A stretch of 64,000 nt of DNA from an uncultured archaeon (lineage in GTDB: Archaea; Aenigmatarchaeota; Aenigmatarchaeia; PWEA01; JAGHBM01), in contig CAZOZN010000001.1 in assembly GCA_964584335.1 (NCBI GenBank), forward strand, positions 275,882 to 339,881, written 5' to 3'. The translations under genes and the position numbers were made by a program. Below the pieces are notes generated by a model. That model saw only the letters and a list, made by a program, of their open reading frames with translations. It was not told the DNA's origin and searched no databases. Each line of letters starts with the position of its first letter. The stretch's first letter is position 1. This document shows, one piece after another, positions 18,420 to 26,948 of this stretch.

Positions 18420-19096
18420 TTTTCCACCAGAGAAGCTTTCTTGATTTTAATTAATCCAGAATACCTTTTATATTCGCTTGAAAATTCATCTACTTTAATT
18501 TTTTTATTAAATAAAGGTGAATCGAGTACTGTTGTTTCTATTTCTCCGCCCTCACCGGAAGGGTTTATAAAATATTCTGAACTCATTTTTTCTAGCTCTA
18601 AAACGGTTCTTTTGTCTATAGTCCTGCCCAGCCATTCCGAGCCAAAGGGCTCTGCAAATACTCCTGTTATAAGAACTTCAAATCCCGAATCCACCAATTC
18701 ATTAAGTATATCAACCTGATTTTTTTGCCATAATGGATTAAAACACCAGATGTCAAGTTCGTTACATATTTTTTGTATCCTTGTTGCCTGATACACAGAT
18801 TCTATCGCTCCGGTAACTACCCCCTCTATTTCATACTCCTCTATTGCATTTTTTATTACTTTTTTTAAATCCTCTAACTCCTTTTCCTTTTCACCCTTGG
18901 TTTTTATTTTAATTATTGGAATTTTCATTGCCTCAGACTGAAATTCGGTAATAGAAATATTTGGAGTATGAAACATGAAGCTCTCCTTGTTTTCAGAAAT
19001 AACCGTAATTAAACACGATACCTCTTCTTTTTGCATCGCTTTGTAAAGTGCCAAACAGGAATCTTTTCCTCCTGAAAATAAAACGCCCAGTTTCAT
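18416..19096 (-). CDS. Diphthine--ammonia ligase / PP-loop ATPase (Dph6/TIGR00289-like)
   Basis: SGGKDS, SFMFH, GAIESVYQ, PLWQ and GEGGEIET. Confidence 0.85.
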   Translation of the reverse strand: MKLGVLFSGGKDSCLALYKAMQKEEVSCLITVISENKESFMFHTPNISITEFQSEAMKIPIIKIKTKGEKEKELEDLKKVIKNAIEEYEIEGVVTGAIESVYQATRIQKICNELDIWCFNPLWQKNQVDILNELVDSGFEVLITGVFAEPFGSEWLGRTIDKRTVLELEKMSSEYFINPSGEGGEIETTVLDSPLFNKKIKVDEFSSEYKRYSGLIKIKKASLVEK

Positions 19097-19137
19097 AAAA
19101 ATTCATAACATTAGATATTATAAAAATATAATAAAGG

Positions 19138-19626
19138 TCAGTTTTCTATTATTTTGTAATCTATTAAGAGCTTTAGGCCTTTTTTTCTTTCTTTTGTTTC
19201 TTTTTCTTCAATACCTTCCGGTACATGCTCGGGTACTTTTTCAAATTTGCTGAATTTTTCTATTATACTGTTCAAGTCTCTTGAGGGGCGGCAGTTCCTT
19301 AGCTTAACTTTCTTGAATCTCCCCGCGTAATTTAATGTAACCCTCTCTTCAAGGCCGTTTGATATATGTTCATGATAAAAATCTCTGAGTTCTATGAATT
19401 CGGAATTTAATATCTTTTCTACAAAGGTATATATTTTTTCCGGCAGTATCTTGTACCTTTTGATTATTTTTCCGTTCTGATGCTTTCTCGTTTTTGTGTC
19501 AAGACCTATTCCAACCACTTCCACATTACCATCCTTAAAAATCCTTATCTTTCTCCCCGTCCATGGGGTTGTTGTTTTGAACATATACTCTATTAAGGGG
19601 TTGTGTTCTCTGTATCCTTTGTCCAT
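19138..19626 (-). CDS. Hypothetical protein
   Basis: 162-aa ORF with TTGGTG SD-like site. Confidence 0.6.
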   Translation of the reverse strand: MDKGYREHNPLIEYMFKTTTPWTGRKIRIFKDGNVEVVGIGLDTKTRKHQNGKIIKRYKILPEKIYTFVEKILNSEFIELRDFYHEHISNGLEERVTLNYAGRFKKVKLRNCRPSRDLNSIIEKFSKFEKVPEHVPEGIEEKETKERKKGLKLLIDYKIIEN

Positions 19627-19692
19627 TCAATGCACCAATTATAATGAAGGACGAAAACTATTTAAGTATTAACTACCTAAAAGAGACAACAT

Positions 19693-20727
19693 TTATGGCA
19701 CTATTTCTATAGAATTGTTGTATTTGGGATAGATAAAATCATCCTTTTTTACTATATTTTTCTCTATAAGCTTGTTTATTTCATTTTTCCTGTCAAGCAA
19801 AGTATCTATAGTATGTTTGGTTATTTCACAAACCTTTTCAAAACCCTCTTCTCCCCAGTAACGTTCCTTGTAAGAATAAAGACACCTTCCGCCGCACCAT
19901 TTTAAATAGGGACAGGATGTACATGGCTCATTTATACCGCACTTAGTTTCAAAATGATTGATATTACCCAGAACAGACCATTTTTCACGAACGGCGATAG
20001 GGCAAGATATAACTTTTCCGTTTGGCAGTATAGAGACCGAGTTTACTCCCGCCTCGCATGGAGGTTTCATGTTACTCATTCCATGCTCTACTCGTAGTAT
20101 GCCCTGAAATGGTGCAATACCAAGAACAAAACTTTCTTTCATTTCTTCTATCCACAAATCGGTGAGCTTTTCTATACCCTTCTTGTATCTTATTGACCAT
20201 TCATCGAAATTATCCCATCTGTCGCTCCACATAACATCAAGCTGCCAATGAACATGGTCAAATTTATTTACAAGGTGCTTGACGTCTCTGTATATATCAC
20301 CTCTTTCTGAATGAGCCATTCTTGCTACTATGTCATTTACCTTTCCTTCAAGAAACTTTCTTGATTCCATAACCTTTTTGTAGGTGCCGCCACCCCTGTA
20401 GTAATCAGTCACTTCTTCTGTACCGTCCACAGAAAGAAGTACAGTATCCATTTTTTTCCAGTATTTTTCATCTAGATTCCGGGTAAGTGTTCCGTTAGTT
20501 TGTATAACGTAGGTAGCAGGTACAAAGTCTATTACATTTTTTATGAAATCTACGTTTAGAAGAGGCTCTCCACCATAAAAACATATAACATCCTCTGGTT
20601 TTATTATGTCTCTTAGCCTTTTTACATCGTAGGAAACTTCCCAAGGTACATATTCTCTTTCGAAGCTCCCGCCGCAATACCTGCAATTAAGGTTGCATCT
20701 TCCTGTTGTGTGCAGTATGAATAGCAT
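19693..20727 (-). CDS. Radical SAM/SPASM protein (AF0577/TIGR04084-like)
   Basis: CNLNCRYC, YGGEPL and HWQLD; SPASM Cys cluster (CTSCPYLKWCGGRC). Confidence 0.85.
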   Translation of the reverse strand: MLFILHTTGRCNLNCRYCGGSFEREYVPWEVSYDVKRLRDIIKPEDVICFYGGEPLLNVDFIKNVIDFVPATYVIQTNGTLTRNLDEKYWKKMDTVLLSVDGTEEVTDYYRGGGTYKKVMESRKFLEGKVNDIVARMAHSERGDIYRDVKHLVNKFDHVHWQLDVMWSDRWDNFDEWSIRYKKGIEKLTDLWIEEMKESFVLGIAPFQGILRVEHGMSNMKPPCEAGVNSVSILPNGKVISCPIAVREKWSVLGNINHFETKCGINEPCTSCPYLKWCGGRCLYSYKERYWGEEGFEKVCEITKHTIDTLLDRKNEINKLIEKNIVKKDDFIYPKYNNSIEIVP

Positions 20728-20760
20728 GCTAATTTTTCGAATTTTATGTTTATTAGCTTT

Positions 20761-20809
20761 TGTTCGTTCATGTTCGCTACTGTTCAGTACAGGTTTTATA
20801 TGTTGTTCA
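20761..20809 (+). promoter_or_regulatory. TGTTC direct repeats at 10-bp spacing beside a TATA-like box
   Basis: TGTTC at 20761, 20771 and 20781, then GGTTTTATAT, then another TGTTC at 20804. Confidence 0.5.
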
Positions 20810-20838
20810 TGTGCTGGGATAAAGCGAGGTGATAAAAA

Positions 20839-21492
20839 ATGAATACAAAATATATCCTCCCTGCAATGCTTTTGGGAGTATTGCTTTTTGGAGGAATAGC
20901 AACAGTTAATGCAACAGCCAACTTGGCTGAAATACCAACATTTAGTGAAACAAGAAGAATAATAGAAACAGGCTCTTTGATTGAGAAAGAAGAGTTTAAA
21001 ATAGAAGAAAATGAGATACCTTCGTCTTACGAGGAAACAAAGAAGCTCATGAGATACTCCATTGAGAATGATGAATTGATTATAACTCCGGATTCATCTT
21101 CATCAGAAGAAGTGACAAAAATAGACGGATATAGAGGTACAAGGAGGTTCTTGATGTATACCCAGGACGGAAGAAATATACTATGGGGGACTTTAAGAAA
21201 CGGTTACTTCCTTGCTCAGGACAATGAAGGTAACGATGCTTGGGGAGTATATCAAGGAGGAAAATTTGTCGGTTTTTACGAAGAGGAAGAAGATTCGGTC
21301 TTTTATTTCCATGGATATTACAGGAAAGGTTACTGGAAAGCTCAAAATCTTTTCGGTGAAGAATCTTCGTACGGGAAATATGTTATTTTCCCAAATTCAA
21401 ATATCAGACATTGGAAAATAAGACCAAATCCTGTAAGACCGTTATATTACCCTGGTCCAATGGAGGAAACAATAGAAAAAGAGGTAATATGA
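20839..21492 (+). CDS. Secreted hypothetical protein (Gly/aromatic-rich C-terminus)
   Basis: Signal peptide ending VNA; strong GAGGTGA SD. Confidence 0.75.
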   Translation: MNTKYILPAMLLGVLLFGGIATVNATANLAEIPTFSETRRIIETGSLIEKEEFKIEENEIPSSYEETKKLMRYSIENDELIITPDSSSSEEVTKIDGYRGTRRFLMYTQDGRNILWGTLRNGYFLAQDNEGNDAWGVYQGGKFVGFYEEEEDSVFYFHGYYRKGYWKAQNLFGEESSYGKYVIFPNSNIRHWKIRPNPVRPLYYPGPMEETIEKEVI

Positions 21493-21502
21493 AATCAATA
21501 AA

Positions 21503-21523
21503 TGCCCCTGCATGGCAGGGGTA
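21503..21523 (+). terminator. GC-rich intergenic hairpin
   Basis: TGCCCCTGC-ATG-GCAGGGGTA just after the stop of the secreted-protein gene. Confidence 0.45.
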
Positions 21524-21556
21524 ACCATATATAAACAAAGGAGAAATATTAAAATT

Positions 21557-22399
21557 ATGAAATTGTGGTTTTTATTCCCCCTTGTATTATTTTTTTGTAT
21601 TTTTTCATCTCAGGCCGAAGCTGATATTGAAAGCGTAGATTATCTTGCAATAATAGAAGATAATGGAAATGTTATAGTTACTGTAAATATAGAAGGAGAA
21701 GGTGTTGTTAATTTGCCTATACAAAAAGATGCAGAAGAGATAAACGTGGAGGGAGGACTCTACATAATAGAAGAAGATGAAATTGAAGTTTCCATAGGGG
21801 AGACTGGAGAAGCTTTTGTACTGTACTCTACATCTATGCTTACAAAAAAGAACGGAAGAAACTGGGAATTTGACATGAAATTGCCTCAGAAATATTCGGT
21901 CGGATGTGCAGTTGCAATGCCAAAAGATACCAATCTCGAGGAAACAATACCAAATGCCGTAATAGAGTCAGGAGAAATAATGAAGCTTCACTGGAACAAT
22001 GAAACGGATGAGATATACGTAAAATATTATTTTGATAAAGAAATAATTGAAGAGGAAATAAAAGGGGCAAACATAGTAATTTATTTGGCAGTCATTTTTT
22101 GCGCTATTTTAGCTCTTTCAGGAGGCGTAATAATATTTTCAAAAAGAAGAGAAATAAAGAAACTTGACAAGAAAAAAAACATAATAAAAACTTTACCCCC
22201 AAATGAGACAAAGATAGTTGAACTTTTAATGGAAAATGATGGTGAAATGAAGAGAAGTATAGCAGAGAGAAAATTAGAGATAGCTAAGTCAAGTCTTGCT
22301 GTTTCACTGAAAAATCTTGAAAGAAAAAATATAATAAAGGTTGACAGAACTTCAGCAAGCCATTACCTTAGGTTTACGAGTTGGTTTAATGAGCTTTAA
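21557..22399 (+). CDS. Membrane-anchored winged-helix transcriptional regulator with extracellular domain
   Basis: Signal peptide, beta-rich ectodomain, TM, C-terminal wHTH (LPPNETKIV...KSSLAVSLKNLERKNII). Confidence 0.8.
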   Translation: MKLWFLFPLVLFFCIFSSQAEADIESVDYLAIIEDNGNVIVTVNIEGEGVVNLPIQKDAEEINVEGGLYIIEEDEIEVSIGETGEAFVLYSTSMLTKKNGRNWEFDMKLPQKYSVGCAVAMPKDTNLEETIPNAVIESGEIMKLHWNNETDEIYVKYYFDKEIIEEEIKGANIVIYLAVIFCAILALSGGVIIFSKRREIKKLDKKKNIIKTLPPNETKIVELLMENDGEMKRSIAERKLEIAKSSLAVSLKNLERKNIIKVDRTSASHYLRFTSWFNEL

Positions 22400-23027
22400 T
22401 AAAAAAATAACTTTTGCATTTGTTTTGTTAGCCATCTTTATATTTGCCTCTTCTAATGTATTGGCAGGTTGCGGGTGTTCAAATATTAGTCAGAGCATTA
22501 GACTACCTTCAAATACTTTAAGAGATTTTCAGGATATAGAAAAAAAGCCGGTATCTACAGATTCCGAGAAAAGGGAATTTTACAACAAAGTTTTTAACAT
22601 AAAAAGTGACACGAAAGCAAAAATATCAACAGTTGATAGTATTATCAGAAGAGGAAAAGAGGACCCGGAAAACTTCTTTGCAATAATGACTATAACAAGA
22701 GACATGGTTGAAGAAGATTATAGAAGTGATGTTGCAGAAATTTTAATCGATATGAATAATACTTTTGTAAAGAAGTTTTATCTTAAGGCAATGGAAAGTG
22801 AAAAACAAAAATACGAGATTAAAGAACAGATAATCAATTATGTTAAGCTAGTTTCGTCTGAACAGGAAACAGAAATAAGTTTAGGGCCGGAGACAGAAAA
22901 AAACCAGACAACCCCGGGAGAAAATAAAATAGAGATAAAAAGAGATATATCTGAAGAAAGTATAAAGTCCCTTTTTAATAATGAGATAAGCAGAAAAGAA
23001 TTTATCAACATCATATTCAATAAATAA
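22389..23027 (+). CDS. Secreted hypothetical protein
   Basis: Signal peptide followed by GCGC; overlaps the regulator 3' end. Confidence 0.6.
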   Translation: MSFNKKITFAFVLLAIFIFASSNVLAGCGCSNISQSIRLPSNTLRDFQDIEKKPVSTDSEKREFYNKVFNIKSDTKAKISTVDSIIRRGKEDPENFFAIMTITRDMVEEDYRSDVAEILIDMNNTFVKKFYLKAMESEKQKYEIKEQIINYVKLVSSEQETEISLGPETEKNQTTPGENKIEIKRDISEESIKSLFNNEISRKEFINIIFNK

Positions 23028-23078
23028 GCTTTTTAATTGATTCAATTCATTAATTAACTTGATAAAGGAGGTGTTTTT

Positions 23079-23312
23079 TTGGTTAAGGTAAAGGTTTATA
23101 GTGTACCTACTTGTCCTTACTGTAAGAAGATAAAGGAGTTTCTTAATAATGAAGGTATTGAATTTGAAGATATAGATGTTTCTGAGGAAGAAAATAAAAA
23201 AGAGATGCTAGATAAAACAGGACAATTGAGAGTGCCACAGACAGAAATTAACGGAAATATGATAATTGGTTATAAAATGGAAAAAATAAAAGAGGAGTTA
23301 AAAAATGTATGA
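23079..23312 (+). CDS. Glutaredoxin (NrdH-like)
   Basis: CPYC active site, GQLRVP; GGAGGTG SD. Confidence 0.92.
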   Translation: MVKVKVYSVPTCPYCKKIKEFLNNEGIEFEDIDVSEEENKKEMLDKTGQLRVPQTEINGNMIIGYKMEKIKEELKNV

Positions 23313-24213
23313 TATAATAATTATTGGAGCAGGAATTTCGGGACAAACTGCAGCAATATATGCATCAAGAAAAAAAATGAACTATCTATTCATAACCAAA
23401 GAAATCGGCGGACAGTTCCTTGAGTCCGGGGAAGTTGTAAATTATCCCGGAATAATAAAAACTACCGGCGAGGAATTTGCATCTGTTATGGAAGAGCAGC
23501 TTGAATTTAATGATGTGAGTGTTAATGAAAACGAGGAGGTAAAGTCAATAGAGAAAAAGGAAAAGGGGTTTAAAGTTACTACAGACAAAAATTCCTACGA
23601 ATCTTATACGGTTCTGATAGCAACAGGAGCCAGGCACAGGATGCTTAAGGTACCGGGAGAAGAAAGGCTAAAGAACAAAGGAGTTACCTACTGTGCTGTG
23701 TGTGACGGTCCCTTGTTTTCCGGAAAGAATATTGCAATCATAGGCGGTGGAGATTCTGCACTTGAAGCTGCTGATTTCACAAAAAGTATTGCAAATAAAA
23801 TATACCTTATAAATAGAAACAAAGACTTTAGTGCGCACGAATATTTGGTTGAAAGAGTAAAATCAATGGACAACTTGGAGATAATAGAAGAGTCAAATAC
23901 AGTTGAAATTTTAGGAGAAGAAATGGTTAAAGGTCTTGTTTACGAGAAGAATGGTGAAAAAAAGGAACTGGATGTGAATGGTATTATAATAGAGATTGGA
24001 AGAGTTCCTAATACCAATTTTGTAAAAGGACTTGTAGAGCTCGACAAACATGGCCATATAATAATTGACTGTCAGACAGGAACCTCAGTCGAGGGTATAT
24101 TCGCGGCAGGTGATTGTGCTTCCGGTCACGAATACCAGTATTGTATAGCCGCGGGGCAGGGTTGTATGGCTCTTCTTAAGGCAGCAAGATATATAGCAAA
24201 AAGAAATCTTTAG
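23305..24213 (+). CDS. trxB: Thioredoxin reductase-family FAD disulfide oxidoreductase
   Basis: GAGISG, CAVCDG, GGGDSA and GIFAAGD. Confidence 0.88.
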   Translation: MYDIIIIGAGISGQTAAIYASRKKMNYLFITKEIGGQFLESGEVVNYPGIIKTTGEEFASVMEEQLEFNDVSVNENEEVKSIEKKEKGFKVTTDKNSYESYTVLIATGARHRMLKVPGEERLKNKGVTYCAVCDGPLFSGKNIAIIGGGDSALEAADFTKSIANKIYLINRNKDFSAHEYLVERVKSMDNLEIIEESNTVEILGEEMVKGLVYEKNGEKKELDVNGIIIEIGRVPNTNFVKGLVELDKHGHIIIDCQTGTSVEGIFAAGDCASGHEYQYCIAAGQGCMALLKAARYIAKRNL

Positions 24214-24225
24214 TTGGTGGATAAA

Positions 24226-24372
24226 ATGGTTCAAAAAAAGTTTTGGAGATGTAATGTTTGTGGTGATATACACTACGGTGTTTCAGGCCCGGAGATTTGT
24301 CCCACATGCAATTTCAAGAACTCTTACGTAGAGATAGATAAAAACGAGGCAAAGAGTGTGATGAATTTATGA
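24226..24372 (+). CDS. Rubredoxin-like microprotein (48 aa, not in ORF track)
   Basis: MVQKKFWRCNVCGDIHYGVSGPEICPTCNFKNSY...; GGTGGA SD; stop overlaps the next ATG. Confidence 0.85.
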   Translation: MVQKKFWRCNVCGDIHYGVSGPEICPTCNFKNSYVEIDKNEAKSVMNL

Positions 24373-24635
24373 AAAAAGAATATTTGATAAAAGTCTGGGA
24401 AAACTTTACAAAAAACAATGATTTTAAGCTAAATACTGACACAAATCATGTAGAAGATTTGGCCTCGGGTGTTTTAGAGAACGAAAAAAAATTCGGTCTA
24501 AAGCTCTGTCCATGCAGACTAAGAGACGGAACCAGGGAAAGAGACTTGGAGCTTCTCTGTCCATGCAATTTCAAATCACAGGAAACATGGAAAGAGGAAG
24601 GAAGGTGCTGGTGCGGGCTTTTTGTAAAAGAATGA
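24369..24635 (+). CDS. Ferredoxin-thioredoxin reductase catalytic subunit
   Basis: CPC...CPC...CWC [4Fe-4S]/disulfide motif set. Confidence 0.9.
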   Translation: MKKEYLIKVWENFTKNNDFKLNTDTNHVEDLASGVLENEKKFGLKLCPCRLRDGTRERDLELLCPCNFKSQETWKEEGRCWCGLFVKE

Positions 24636-24636
24636 T

Positions 24637-25746
24637 TCACTTCTTATTTTTCTTAACTCTTCTTCTCTCTTCAATCACCATTATGGGAGGTACCACGCCC
24701 AGTGCGGCTACCAGGGAATAGAAAACTCCGAAAGTCAGTGCCACAGAGAAATCCTGTAAGAAAGTAAGAGTTGCTGTAAGAAGAGCAAGAAAACCTATTA
24801 TTGTTGTGAATGATGTTAAGGTAAGCCCTTTTCCTACATGCACTACAGCATTAGTAATTGCTTCTTCCGCGGGGTATTTTTTCCTGTCCTCCTTGAACCT
24901 ATGTATTATATGTATTGCAAAATCTATTCCAAGACCTATAATTATAGAAAAAACTCCGGTTAATGGTGGTGATAAAGGTATCCCAACATAACCAAGAGTG
25001 CCAAAGGTCCATATCGTGGAAAGTATTATAGGGACCACCGCTATTCCCACGAAAGTTATTCTCCTAAAGAATAGATATAATATTACAAAAACCGCTAAAA
25101 ATCCTATGAATGTAACATAGCTAGTTCTTCCGCCCAGACTTCTTCCTATTTCCTCTCCAAGAAATGCAGAACCGGCAAAATCAACTTTCATCCCCAGCGG
25201 TCTTTCGGAAAAGTATACTGTGTTTCTTATATAATTATTTAGCTGGTCTCTTTCAAAATCTGGCATATCTGCCATCAAAGAGAAAGTCATTATTGCAACT
25301 CTCTTGTCTTTGGTGATGAAATCCCCGGATTGTGGATTTTCTTCAAGAAAATAATTTATTTCTTTCTGTGAAAGAGATATGTCAACTAAATCTGTAACGC
25401 TTCTCTTGTTTAGTACAAATTCGTTTTCTTCTATTTGATTTCCTATATTTTCCATTGATTCTAAAATCCTTTTATCCCTTATATCGCTAACACTCATGGG
25501 ATCTTTTTCTTCAAGCCTGAATATGAGAATTACGCTTTCTCCGCCTCTCCCTATTTTGTCTCTTATTTTATTAAGGGAAATAATAGTATCTATGTCCTCT
25601 GGAAGCTGGCTTTCTTCGCTTGTTTCGTTTTCTATGAGAGAAAACCCGGTCGATATTATAATTGTGAATATCAGGAAAGCTGCTATAAAAGTCTTAGGTC
25701 TTTTGTTTTCTAGTTTTGCAAGTTTATCAAGATATTTTTCAATCAT
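24637..25746 (-). CDS. MMPL/RND family transporter (half-size)
   Basis: GLGIDFAIHI motif; 1+5 TM topology. Confidence 0.88.
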   Translation of the reverse strand: MIEKYLDKLAKLENKRPKTFIAAFLIFTIIISTGFSLIENETSEESQLPEDIDTIISLNKIRDKIGRGGESVILIFRLEEKDPMSVSDIRDKRILESMENIGNQIEENEFVLNKRSVTDLVDISLSQKEINYFLEENPQSGDFITKDKRVAIMTFSLMADMPDFERDQLNNYIRNTVYFSERPLGMKVDFAGSAFLGEEIGRSLGGRTSYVTFIGFLAVFVILYLFFRRITFVGIAVVPIILSTIWTFGTLGYVGIPLSPPLTGVFSIIIGLGIDFAIHIIHRFKEDRKKYPAEEAITNAVVHVGKGLTLTSFTTIIGFLALLTATLTFLQDFSVALTFGVFYSLVAALGVVPPIMVIEERRRVKKNKK

Positions 25747-26936
25747 TTTAACTGCCTCTTTATTTCATCCTTTAGAAATACATGCAACCAATCCCTTATG
25801 GAAAGCAACGAGGGCAGGAAGAATATTGATAAAATCATTGCATAGAAAATTCCAAGGCTTAGCGCTATCCCCATGTCTGAAAGAAACGGAATTCCTGAAA
25901 GAGTGAGCGCCAGAAAAGAAGCTATTGTAGTTATCGCCGTCCCGACTATGGCTCTTCCTACCCTGTCTACAGCAACACCGTAACATATGAAGCATGTCTT
26001 CATACATCCGTCATAATCCCCTTCTATGCAAATCTTTCTTGAATCGTCTCTCCTCCTGCTTCTCTCTTCGTTATAACGGTTTATTATATGTATGGCATAA
26101 TCTATCCCAATGCCCACGATAAGAGAGCCTACAACAACCGTGACTATAGAAAGCGGAACTCCTATAATAACCATTGTACCCGCAGTCCAGATAAATGCAA
26201 GGAAGAGTATTGATATAGAGAAAATTCCTCTTAGAATTGAACGGTAAGATATCATAAGAGTTAGAAATATCAAAACTCCCGCTATTGCAAGAGTTTTATA
26301 CAAATCATCAAATATCAAATCAGAAACTATTTTGCCTATTAAAGGGCCTCCTGTAACCGAGAGAGAAACGCTCCCAGGAAAACCTATGCTTTCTACCTCA
26401 TTTTCTATCTCTTCTACCACTTCTTCTATTTCCTCAAGCTCTATTTTTCCGTTTAGTCTCACTGTAACTATAGTGGTGCTATAGTCACTGCTAAAAAGCC
26501 CGGAATCGCCGTTAAAAATATTTTTTATATCCTCCTGGTTTTCAGGTATCCCTCCGGTTCTTAATAGAAGTATGTCGGGAGGGCCAAAAACTTCATTCAC
26601 GTTGGGGTCCTTTCTCAGAAGCTCTTCCATCAGATTTAAGTCTTTCATGACTTCAGAATTTCTTATATCTGTTATTTTACTTTCAAAAGATTTTTCCGTG
26701 TTAAGCTCTACCAGTATGAATATGTTATCTGTCTCTGAAAAAACCTCTGCCAAGAAATTCTGGTTTTCAAGTGCTGGAAGATCCTGGGGAAGTGACTTAT
26801 AGAAGTCTGTCTCTACATCTATTTTTACAGCGTTAAGACCCATAAAAAGGGTTATTATTATTGCAACAGAAAGAATAGTCTCGGGGTGTTTTGCGGCAAA
26901 TTCCCCATATTTCTGAAGGAGAGTTTTCTCGGGCAT
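25743..26936 (-). CDS. MMPL/RND family transporter (half-size)
   Basis: GIGIDYAIHI motif; 1+5 TM topology. Confidence 0.88.
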   Translation of the reverse strand: MPEKTLLQKYGEFAAKHPETILSVAIIITLFMGLNAVKIDVETDFYKSLPQDLPALENQNFLAEVFSETDNIFILVELNTEKSFESKITDIRNSEVMKDLNLMEELLRKDPNVNEVFGPPDILLLRTGGIPENQEDIKNIFNGDSGLFSSDYSTTIVTVRLNGKIELEEIEEVVEEIENEVESIGFPGSVSLSVTGGPLIGKIVSDLIFDDLYKTLAIAGVLIFLTLMISYRSILRGIFSISILFLAFIWTAGTMVIIGVPLSIVTVVVGSLIVGIGIDYAIHIINRYNEERSRRRDDSRKICIEGDYDGCMKTCFICYGVAVDRVGRAIVGTAITTIASFLALTLSGIPFLSDMGIALSLGIFYAMILSIFFLPSLLSIRDWLHVFLKDEIKRQLK

Positions 26937-26948
26937 AAAACCACGAAT

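Noticed and set aside
20761-20809. Short repeats as a CRISPR remnant
   Set aside because: 5-bp units at 10-bp spacing with no repeat-spacer architecture and no cas genes
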